DNA from: Setoptus koraiensis | Taxonomy: Eukaryota > Animalia > Arthropoda | Assembly (NCBI GenBank): GCA_048013815.1 | Contig: CM106585.1 | Coordinates: 21,080,001 to 21,144,000, forward strand | Direction: 5' to 3' | Length of the DNA: 64,000 nucleotides | Shown: positions 1 to 10,083 of the stretch, one piece after another | How the letters are laid out: every line of letters begins with the position of its first letter | How positions within the stretch are numbered: position 1 is the stretch's first letter | Made by a program: the position numbers and the translations under genes | The notes under the pieces: model-generated | Databases searched by the model: none | Told to the model about the DNA's origin: nothing | What the model saw: only the letters and a program-made list of their open reading frames with translations

Positions 1-1218
1 AAACTGATAAGCTAGCTGACCATTGGTTCCTGATTTTTTATCCCCTTCTCCACTTTGGCCATCTATGTCCTTGATAAATGAAGGATCGCGTCTGATAAAG
101 TAATCTTTAATGGAAGGATTGTATGCTAAACATTGTATGACGCTATTTATGTAGCAGGTATTGCCTAGATTAGCGAGACCGGTCGTGGGAAAACGGTCGG
201 GTTGGGCACAATCCGGAACAGACGGTTTGAAATTCAAAGGTTGTGAGGTCGCATTGAAACTCTCCCTATGGTTATTCAAAGTGTCACCTTGTCTTTCATG
301 TATCAACTGGTGTGGCTTTTGAGTTCGATCAAATTTTGGAATTTCAACTGTGTTGTTATTAATCGATCTAGAGAATAAACCGGTTTTGCCCTGAACATTG
401 TTGTTCTGATCATTTGATGGATCTTTTGGTTGACACAATATTATTGAGTGAGCCAGGGCTTGAGGAGGGGGCTGGGGTGATGGTTGCGGATTCACTTGGG
501 TCTCGTGCTGAGATGGCTTCGGGGGCACTACAGGGGCTGGTTTGGGCAAAGCAGGAACAGTTGGAGATATTTGAGGCAGTCTATCAACCGTGATTTCGTT
601 CGATATAAATCGTATGGGGTGTGTTGTTTTCTCTTTTGAGTCTATACTTGGACGGTTAGTTTCATTACTGACACCGTTGGTGTTAAGAACTGTAGGTTGC
701 CGCTGCTCATCTGATTCAAATGGTGGCGGTGATGTGGTATAATGTGGATAAGTTAAAGACCATTCCGAGAAGCCACCTTCTAGAGATTTTAGGTCGGCGG
801 TTATCTTTTTATTGGTATCGCAATCAAAATTTGTCAATGCTCGTTTTAATCGCCCTACGAAATCCGCTTCATCGCTACCATCATCGATCACAATGACATG
901 CTTATATTTGCTTCTATCCTCAAAAATATTTTTATCATTCTTCAGATCCTCCAAGGATTTTTTAATTTTGGGGATAGTTACAGTCCCGGCAAATTTGGCT
1001 ATATTTATGACATCCACCTGGTCTCTAACTGAAGTTTTTTGCAGACGTGAATCCAGGCATAAATGGGAGGCACCATATAGTTGTCGGGATCTTATATCTA
1101 TGAAGAGGATTCTTGATTGCGGGTTGTTTTTACATGATCTGATCAAATCCAAAGCGTCCGAACATGAGATAGGATCTAGTCGTGTCACGGGAACAGCTCC
1201 CCCCGGACTACTACTCAT
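1..1218 (-). CDS. USP8: USP8/UBPY-like ubiquitin C-terminal hydrolase, 5' part (rhodanese domain, Pro-rich linker, start of catalytic domain); runs off window start
   Basis: Hand translation of an open minus-strand frame from ATG 1218 to base 1 (406 codons; not in the ORF track because it has no stop in the window). Contains RILFIDIRSRQLYGASHL and LKSLEGGFSEWSLTYPHYTT (USP8-type rhodanese) and the USP Cys box GLANLGNTCYINSVIQCL. Confidence 0.85.
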   Translation of the reverse strand, partial: MSSSPGGAVPVTRLDPISCSDALDLIRSCKNNPQSRILFIDIRSRQLYGASHLCLDSRLQKTSVRDQVDVINIAKFAGTVTIPKIKKSLEDLKNDKNIFEDRSKYKHVIVIDDGSDEADFVGRLKRALTNFDCDTNKKITADLKSLEGGFSEWSLTYPHYTTSPPPFESDEQRQPTVLNTNGVSNETNRPSIDSKEKTTHPIRFISNEITVDRLPQISPTVPALPKPAPVVPPKPSQHETQVNPQPSPQPPPQALAHSIILCQPKDPSNDQNNNVQGKTGLFSRSINNNTVEIPKFDRTQKPHQLIHERQGDTLNNHRESFNATSQPLNFKPSVPDCAQPDRFPTTGLANLGNTCYINSVIQCLAYNPSIKDYFIRRDPSFIKDIDGQSGEGDKKSGTNGQLAYQF

Positions 1219-1675
1219 TTCTGATGATCGTTTTTATCTTGAGACCTTTGTCCTTTGGATAGCTTTGATGTTTATAAAATGGTGTGACCCAATCAGAATT
1301 TAATTTAATTAAGGCCAATTTTTTGGGGAAAATTGATTAAAATTGTGAAAACGGTGTGTAGCAATTGAAATTACGACGTTGTTTACATCACTGTCAGCTG
1401 GCAATGATTGAGAATGGCTTATTTTAAATTCAGCGCCCACATAGCACCAAGTAAAATGGATTTTCAGCACAATGTGATAGCAATGTGAGTGCGGTAACTC
1501 TATCAATGTCAGTCAATAATAAACTGTGTCTAGACGATTTCGCCTTCTCCTCCCCCAGGGTTATAGAGATTAACACAAGTTGAACCCATTTTTTTTTCAT
1601 CAAAACTCGGATATTAAAGCAACTATTATTGAAGGTTACCACTGCCCAAAATAAGAGAAAAAAACAATCACCAAG

Positions 1676-1894
1676 ATGAGTGAGGAACAAGAATTAGTCG
1701 ATCCAATGACAGCTCGCCGTGAAAAATGTGCCCTGGAATCTCAGATTCAGAAATTGAAGCAACGTTTAGACGAATGCAATAAACGAGTATCTTCTCGTAA
1801 AAAGACGGAAGAAACTTGCTTTGAAGAGATCATAGATTACGTGAGCGCCCTTGACCATTGTGCACACCATGGATTATTTAATAAGCTTAAATGA
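1676..1894 (+). CDS. UQCRH: Cytochrome bc1 hinge protein (UQCRH/QCR6)
   Basis: 72 aa with ELVDP...EKC...LDECNKRVSSR..TEETCFEE..D.....DHC.....LFNKLK, the typical hinge-protein Cys pattern. Confidence 0.93.
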   Translation: MSEEQELVDPMTARREKCALESQIQKLKQRLDECNKRVSSRKKTEETCFEEIIDYVSALDHCAHHGLFNKLK

Positions 1895-2059
1895 TAGATA
1901 TCTTCGTTTCATACATTGGATGGATTCGGCAACAATACACAAACATTTATTAGGTTGAAGGACATTTGTTCTAACTGTTAGTTATAGACACAATTTTATT
2001 GAAGAAATGAAATCTACGTGCTAATTAATCCAATCTAATTGTAAGAAATCCTTTCGTGA

Positions 2060-2876
2060 CTAGAGATCTGGTTCTAGGGGCTCCTTTGCCTTCACCTTTT
2101 CATTCTTACCCTCTAATAATTCCTTATATTTTGCTCGATAAAGTTGAGCCTTGTCTTTGTCTAAATCAACACCGTCACCTAGTGAATACATCCTAGCAAG
2201 ATTGAAACAGCCCCCTGCATGATTTTGATTGCATGCCTTCTCGGCATAGAGTGCTGCCTTCTTGAGGTCTTTAGCAACATCTGTTCCATTGAGGTACATC
2301 GATTGTATAATAAAGCACGAGTCTGGTTCCTTTTTGCTGTCGCAACATTTATCTAACATACTTATTGCTTTCTCAGCATTAACTGGTATCACCTTGCTGA
2401 CAGTTGGATCTCTTGCAGCATGCATCTGACCTCCATGATAACAGGCCCTAGGTTCGTTCAGTTCGCAACCCTTCTCAAAATATTCCAAAGCTAACTTACA
2501 ATCACTGGTATCTCTATCGATACCTGGATGAGTCAATGGGGACGGATTTAGAAAGAATAATTAGCATCAGGATTGTTTAGACTTTTCTAGTCAAGTAATA
2601 TCAAAATATTTCACGATTCTCTGACAACTCACCGTGACCTCTGAATGCTAGACGTCCATATGCGTCGCAGCTCAGTCCATACTTATTGACATCACAGTTT
2701 TTGATATAAGTGGCGGCCGCATTTTTTATATCATTTTCAATGGAATAAAAATAATCACCTAAGAGATGACATGATAGCGGATTTTTCTCCTCGTAACATC
2801 CATAGCGATATTCAATTCCGAGATTGTCGAGAAATTTTTTGAGTTCGTCTTTGTTCTTGAACAAGTTTAAATCCAT
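2060..2876 (-). CDS. COA7: Cytochrome c oxidase assembly factor 7 (Sel1-like repeats); 2 exons, 2876-2633 and 2523-2060, 235 aa
   Basis: Exon 1 has FLDNLGIEYRYGCYEEKNPLSCHLLGDYF; exon 2 has Cys-rich Sel1 repeats. A 109-nt GTGAGT...CCAG intron (2632-2524) joins them in frame (RGHG/IDRD). Confidence 0.9.
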
Positions 2877-3720
2877 TCCGAGGCATTTAATCGATATTGT
2901 CTTTATTATACTAATTCTGCACGTTCTTCCTAAGGCATTCTGATAACATTTTTAACAGTTCATACATGAACCTTTGAAATATTAGCCATACGCATGCGGT
3001 TTAGTTAGTTGCTGACCTCCGTAATTGTTCTCATGAGCACGTGTTTCTCTGTTGATCCTCCAATTCAGAAAATGAAAATTTATTTTCTCTTTTTGTTTGT
3101 TTCATATAATAACGATTACTCAATGAGGGAATTCAGTTCACAGAAGCTATCGTCTTAACATCATGGTCACATACAAGGTTTGGGAAGCGACATACCGTTG
3201 TACTTTACAACGTGCCATAAAGCACATGTATCTAAACACAGGGACCTTTATTTTTATGTATATATTTCTATACAGTATATATATTACTTATGGATATTCA
3301 TAAACCTTAAAAACAATATTAGTCGAGACCCCGTGAAATTACAGGACTTTGTTTAGAGAGCTTTACTCTTAAATACATGTGATCGCTTGTCGAGCGAGAC
3401 CTTAAAGCTCGCTCTGAGACATAAAAGGCTCTCATAAAGTGTGATTTCTCTCACTATCTTGACGAAGCTTAATCTAATCTCATAATCTAGATTGATCAAC
3501 AATTGATTGATTGTAGTAAATGTGAGTTTTGGTTGATTCTTGATTAGTCGATGAAAGATATTGTATTTAGACAGCTCTGATTTTCAATTTGAATAAGGTG
3601 TCCCGACACTTGTACAATAATTCAATTGTGTACGGATTGTCTTCATTCACTTGTTTTAAACGAGGTCCGAGGCTCAAATTGGCTTGTATTAATTGAATGC
3701 ATATATTTAGTCAATGTTAA

Positions 3721-4944
3721 TCAATCTGCAAAGGGATTCTTCGACATGGGTTTCTTCCAAGGGTCAGATGCTCCATGACTACTTGTAGCGAGATGATTAG
3801 ATGTAGGAGCTGTTTCCCATGGATCTATGGAGGCAAGAGTAGACGGAGCAGGTGGTTGAGATTTCCACAAATCAAATAAAGAATCAGAAGCAGTCGATTG
3901 GGTAGTGGTGGTAGCTGTCTTCCATGGATCACTCGTATTTGCTTGCGACATTGAGGGAATATCATTAGGTGTTGGCTCCCATGGGTCGAAGGCCGAATGA
4001 ACTGTTTGTCTTTGATTTGAGTTAACTATCCAAGGATCTAAATTAGATGATGTGGTTACAATAGGATCTGGCTGAGGCGTTACAGATAAACCAAGTAGAT
4101 CGTCGATTGTGCTAGGACCATTGCTTGTAGTAGCGGTTTTTGACATTGAGGAGGAGGCGCTTGGAGAAGTTGAGGCAGCCTTTTTGCTGGCATCAAGGGC
4201 CAACTTAAGGCGCAATTCATCATTCCTTTTAATTTTTTCTTGTTCCTCAGCTTCCTCTTTACTTAGAGCCAAGGCTATCTGAAGTTGGTTCTCCTCTTCG
4301 CTTGCCGTTTGCGGTCTGGCATTCTCTAGTTCTGAATTGTTTACCGCAGTCGCTTCAATGGCAGATGATGTCGATGAATTACTCACATCAAAAGAGTTAT
4401 TTAACGAGGTGGATGATTGCGGGGGAGTTTCGCTACTAGATGAATGCGAACTGCCTCTTGTCATGGACGACATGGATTCGGAGAGACGCTCTTTAGCTTT
4501 TAGGGCCCTAGCTCTCTCATTTTTCAATTTTTCGCCATCTTTAAGAAGAGCTACCAACGCTTTCGATTTTTCACGCACATTCATTCCCAAGTCCTTGTTT
4601 TCTTCCATATGCTGGAAATGATTGAGGGTTTGTATGGAAAATATATTCTCACGACATTGCTCAGCCACTTTATCCGTACCTGTCTTAATAAGATATTCCA
4701 ACACGACAAGAGCTTTGTAGACATGACGCCAATTTTTTCCATGGTCATTCAAACGTTTCCATATCATTGCCATAATTTCTGAAAATGCAACTACATTGTA
4801 GGTTAGATCGGCAATCTCGGCCATTATGGTCGACGAAGGGCCCCATGGATCGTTGGATGTTGCCTCTCTGACCTTGATTTGGGCATCTGAATATTTTTTA
4901 ACTATGTTTTTAGCGTTACGCTTCAACCCATTGACATTGATCAT
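3721..4944 (-). CDS. EPN: Epsin (liquid facets-like), intronless, 407 aa
   Basis: ENTH domain (KVREATSNDPWGPSS...NWRHVYKAL), two UIMs (EEENQLQIALALSKEE, DELRLKLALDASKK), five C-terminal DPW motifs and a terminal NPF. Confidence 0.96.
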   Translation of the reverse strand: MINVNGLKRNAKNIVKKYSDAQIKVREATSNDPWGPSSTIMAEIADLTYNVVAFSEIMAMIWKRLNDHGKNWRHVYKALVVLEYLIKTGTDKVAEQCRENIFSIQTLNHFQHMEENKDLGMNVREKSKALVALLKDGEKLKNERARALKAKERLSESMSSMTRGSSHSSSSETPPQSSTSLNNSFDVSNSSTSSAIEATAVNNSELENARPQTASEEENQLQIALALSKEEAEEQEKIKRNDELRLKLALDASKKAASTSPSASSSMSKTATTSNGPSTIDDLLGLSVTPQPDPIVTTSSNLDPWIVNSNQRQTVHSAFDPWEPTPNDIPSMSQANTSDPWKTATTTTQSTASDSLFDLWKSQPPAPSTLASIDPWETAPTSNHLATSSHGASDPWKKPMSKNPFAD

Positions 4945-5629
4945 CTTGAAGAGTTAATTAAGTATCTATCAAATTCAATGGAATTAGAAGAATCTAAGCC
5001 TAAAATTGATTAAAAGGATCAAAATGTAAATATGGCTCCAAGTCGATGACTACAAGTGATCAGATTTTCTCCTTGTCATTGGCATGCCCAATACATTTGA
5101 TTAGAAAACAGAGAGGAAGCGCCAAATTTAAACGTGTGCAGTGATTAATCGGGGGAGGCACTCCTCCCATTTCCATCTCCCCGAATGCAATTTGGGAACG
5201 CGGAGCTTCTCTTTCTATCCCGAAACCACCCTTGAGAAGGTATGAATCCTGACCTCTCATAGAACGAATAATATGCACATTATTCTCTTCTAGCTTGACA
5301 AAAAAAAGAGCATTGACCTATCGAGATTTATGTGCTTTTTTCTTCGTTTTGGGGTGCCACGGGGAGCTTCCCGTTCCTCGTCCCCAGTTCGAAACGGGGA
5401 GGTCGTCTTCCTACCCTGCCCGGTCACGAAAATTCTTAGTCCATAGGGCATCTCTTTAGCAAGCCATTCTGGTCCTCGAGAGTTTGAGAGGGGGTACCAC
5501 GGTGGGGTGGCCGCCACCCTCTCCCACCAAAAAATGAATATTCGCAAGGTCTGGGAGTCAAGTGGGTGTGATTGGGATAGATAAAAGTGACCAGAGAGGA
5601 GGTATTCACGTGAATTGTCGAAATTGGTG

Positions 5630-5844
5630 TTGCGGAGCGAACGCTCGCTCCGAGTTGGATGAAAATAGTCAAATTAGTCAAATTTCATTTGAAAAATCTT
5701 ATATCAAGAACACTGATTAATCATTTGTCTTCGTTGATTGATCTAATGTGGGAATTTCATTAAACTTTGGTGGTGTCATAAGTCACACTCGGAGCGGACT
5801 TGGAGCGAAAGTTCTCGTTCTGAGCGAGCGCGTTCGCTCCGCAA
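5630..5844. repeat. About 215-bp segment bounded by an imperfect inverted repeat of about 22 bp (MITE-like or regulatory)
   Basis: Left TTGCGGAGCGAACGCTCGCTC (5630-5650) matches the reverse complement of 5822-5844, TTGCGGAGCGAACGCGCTCGCTC, with a 2-nt indel. No target-site duplication seen. Confidence 0.5.
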
Positions 5845-7307
5845 AGACTAGACACAATCAAACATTTGGATCGCTGCTCTCTGGATGAAATGAGTCATAA
5901 ATGTACTATGGAGCGTTTTGATGAAGTGAATAATGAGTGAAGCGAGTGTAGGTGAAAAGTGTAGATGAAATGAATGCTTAAAAAAAATATGATTGGGTTA
6001 CATGTATGAGTGCCGGTTACATTTTTGTATATGTGGTAGCTCTAAGTCTTCGGCTGAACAATGCCTCTGTTCTGATTGGACAGTTAATTTTGCGATCACG
6101 GAATGCAAAAATAGTTAATGAAAAGAACGATGAACAATATTCTATCAAGTCATCCAATCAAGAGTCTCAAGATTTTTGTTTCCAATTCTATATTTTTATT
6201 AGTGTGACGCTTTTAAAGCGAAGACTTTGTTATCGAAGCACTCTATTCCTTGACATTCTGAAGTTAACTATTGTCCGTCTCGAATACGGAACTTGCAGTG
6301 CAGTGTCGAAACACATAGCCGATTGATTAGAGCTGACTCGTCATCAGCATGACAAATTGCATCGCAAAAGTCTTTTCTCCAGTTGGATGGCGAAGAATCG
6401 AAGGCACAATAGAGACGAATTCCCAATGAACCTCTCGAAGGAAATCATTCGTGATTCAACATATGAAGATAAAAAGACTGGAATCTAGTTCAATGAAAAT
6501 CTGTTAGATCTTTACATATCTTTACATTGCCCAATGCGTACATTTTTTCTTGTGGATGCAATAAACCGAGTCCTTATTGACATTCGTCGGAATGAAATGC
6601 TAATTCAACGAAGATTGATCGATAAAGGCGATCAAGATATATACTGAAAGTTGAGAGAGATAGTTGATACAACAACAACCGTCTCACGTAAGCAATTCTG
6701 GCAAAGTCGATTCTGCAACAAACTACTTGAGGAGCTGACAATTCAGAAAGATTCCAAGATTGCTCCTGACAAAGATCTTGAGCAAAGTTGGAAGACTGAT
6801 TATATGAGTTAATTATGTAAATGAGAAGTGAGGGATTGCCCGGGTAAGAACGTTTCACCAATTATAAAATAAGTTAGAGTAGGAAACTGCGGCAGATTTC
6901 TCTTGTTGCTAACTGTTGGTGCCTTTTGTGTTAAGTTGTAGGCATGAGAATAGACGTTTATATTCAATTAATTGCCAGAATGTCTCTCACACAAGATGTG
7001 ACGGGAAACTCAATAAAGCAGACGGAAGAATGACGTCAGTTTTTATTACTTATCAACTATAAGCTTAGATAATGTTGTTGACAACGCTAACCACTCTCCG
7101 GAATGTTCAGGCTTGGAATCAGGCTCTATAATACACACAAGGTGCTCATAATAATGATGGCACGTTTTGTTGATAAATAAGATGAGGAATATGAGCCCCG
7201 CTGTCTAGTCGATGATCTACTAAATCAGACGAAAAATCCAACTTTGGAACGGCTTTGCCGCATCGATTCTAACGGCTCAATGGTACAGACCAATTTAGGA
7301 TCTGGTG

Positions 7308-7419
<112 letters not shown>

Positions 7420-7920
7420 AGTCGAGTCTTTACTATGATTGAATAGAGGTGATGATGAGATCGTAAGAATTTAGAAACACTGTTGCTTATCTAGTAATGG
7501 CACTCAACCTGTTGATTCCCATGTCCGCTGTTAGCAAGTTTATCGCATTATCTCGAAAGGTGGATATGAAACACTTCGCAGTGCTCAAATCATTAGTCTT
7601 GCGAAACGCGTTTGCAATTGATCAGCCATTAAATTGTCTTTAAAAACTTGTCATAATATTATGGTGAAAGTGTATTCCATGTGCATATATGCAGCATCAC
7701 TAGTTTGTGGGTTGTACTATCAGTATAACAGCATGAACGCTCTTGTATTGTCTTAATTGTTTTTATACTTTGAGCATATTTAAAGGCCTTGCAATCATCT
7801 CCTCTCGAGTATAATGAATTACAGTTGGGACAACATTATAACATTCAACATTATAACTAAAAAGAAGAAGTAATCTCCAGTTACACTCATTGACACGCGA
7901 TCAAGATATAGTTCAAAAAT

Positions 7921-9002
7921 ATGGAATCCATCACTTCACTAATTGTTATTCTATCCATCTTCGCAATTGGTAAGGTATTCTAAGAATTGGTGCAGAACCA
8001 ATTTCTCTTCAGACCTCCTCACTCTATAAGACTAATTGCCTTGTAATATTATGTCAATAATCAGGACATGTCAGTACAGTCTCAATCGCAGGCTCTAACG
8101 CCAAGGGATCGTGTGAAGAACGCGCATCTCAAATGGATCGCTGCCTTCCAAAATTGGTATTTTACGGCGATAGGGATTTCGAGCCTCCAAAGAATAACAA
8201 AACATTAGATAAACATTGTAAGGCATTAGATGATAATCTCAAATGTGTTGGTTCCTATAGCCGCGAATGTCTACCTTCATTCGCTAGAAGCATCTATTCT
8301 GTCATGTTACGCAGATTGAAGAGTCAATTTTCAAAACGTTGTAATACCAACGAGGGTCGACAAGGTACGTCAAGTCAACAGAGCTATGATACATCGACCT
8401 TTTATTTCATGATGATTATACGTAGTCCCGATATTAATTTACCATTCTTGCACACAACTTTTCTTCAGAATTCATTGATCTGATGGCTTGCGCTGATAGG
8501 CATCACCTAGAGCCGACACATCGATGTATGGATTCTTTCATAGCACATTTAGAGCACGTTGGACAGGGTCCCCAGAGTCGTCAAATAGAGTTGACATGTT
8601 GCACGTTTCAATTATTTCAATCTTGTATTTTCGACAGTGAGTATATCTAGAACAACTTTTCACACACCAGCCATCGACATGACTTAGACGACTTCTTTCT
8701 GATTGGATATTTGTCTTTAACCATCGACAGAATCATCAAGAATAGATTGTCCACAGCGAGTAGTATCAATTGAGAAATCTAATGCATACGTTAGGTCAAT
8801 TATCAATTCCATGGGCGGTGATATTATGGAATTTATGTGTGGAAAATTTGAGAAACTAGCTCATTGTCGGAGTGTCTATCCTGAAGTCATGGAAAAATTC
8901 AGCCAAATTACAGCCGAAGTAAGGAATGGGACACTGAAAGCAAAGTCTGGTTCACCCCTGAAACCCTTGCTGTCTTTATTCACAACCAACGAACAACAAT
9001 GA
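7921..9002 (+). CDS. Secreted Cys-rich protein, DUF19-like; 4 exons (7921-7969, 8065-8364, 8469-8636, 8731-9002), 262 aa
   Basis: Signal peptide MESITSLIVILSIFAIG. Three GT-AG phase-1 introns join two ORF-track fragments and a hand-translated third exon in frame. Spaced Cys pattern including LTCCTFQLFQSC. The family label is from pattern recall. Confidence 0.75.
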
Positions 9003-10083
9003 GATATAAATGTTTAGGTTATCTATTTTTTATTTTATGTCGCTTTAATCGTGAACAACTCCGTTCGAAAGATTCGTTTAAATGAACAATGGAAAATCTA
9101 TTTATCTATCCACTATATTTGTGTTCACAAATTCATTAGTTTTCCTTTATCCAGTAAAGCGAATATCTATCGCTATTGTGACGTTTGGGTTTCATTGATA
9201 TCGGCATCGATGTGTCTTCGAATCGAATTGTTCGAACTTCGAACTACCGTCGACCGAAGTGTGTGCGTGTATGCGTTTTTTGTGCACAGAGAGTGAGAAC
9301 TGTTCATCATTTGGTGCACGTTTATGAACAGGCACAAGAAATTGCACCATTTGATTCTAGTGGCAGCATGCGGAGCGCCGCCGCTGAGATAGCCTCAAAA
9401 GTCACATAAATGACTGTGTGTGCCTGTGATGAGCTATCGTCCTCCGTTGTCAGCGGATTTTGGCACAGCACAGTGCGACGAGAAACACACAAACACACGA
9501 CTTGTGGATAATGGGCGTAATTGTTATCTTACCGTTCTAAAGTACATTCACATTTGGGCATCGATAATCAATATGTAGCAGTTTCAACAACAAACGAAGC
9601 TCTTGTATTTTCCTTTTATTTCCATATTTTTCAGCATATCCCTTATCAATATTAATACACCACTACAATACATATTTTATTGGATAATTATTTAAGTGTA
9701 TTCATGAAACATATTGTTGGCACTGTGAGATAGATTAACAAACTGAACTACATCGCCCCTTGGCTAGGATTGGCGAGGATTTTGATCATACTCACCAAAT
9801 TTTGAGGAGGATCACGCCGTCAAATGAACGGTCAGCTAGAGAACCGCTGAAGAATATTAATTTTTATAACTAAAAAAGCTACGCTAGCTTCCACATTGTA
9901 TTTTTCGTGCTGCGGATTTCGACTTTCTGTGCAATTCTTACCCAGGATAACCGAAGACAAGGCGACAGAGTGTCCGCACAGTCAGTGAGCACTGTCAGAT
10001 GAAAATATTTTTGTGACCACCCTTTACCATCACTATTACAAATATTAATTTCAAATATAAAGATCAGTATCATTATTAGCAAC

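Noticed and set aside
5140-5560. Specific identity as SRP RNA, RNase P/MRP or telomerase RNA
   Set aside because: Only partial resemblances (CCCAGTTCGAAACGG, CAAGGTCTG). The SRP CAGG/AGCA motif, the RNase P CR-V partner and a CCTAACC template were not found.
6300-7200. Possible multi-exon minus-strand gene (ORF 6574-6861 and nearby open frames)
   Set aside because: Could not build a consistent spliced model or recognise a family.
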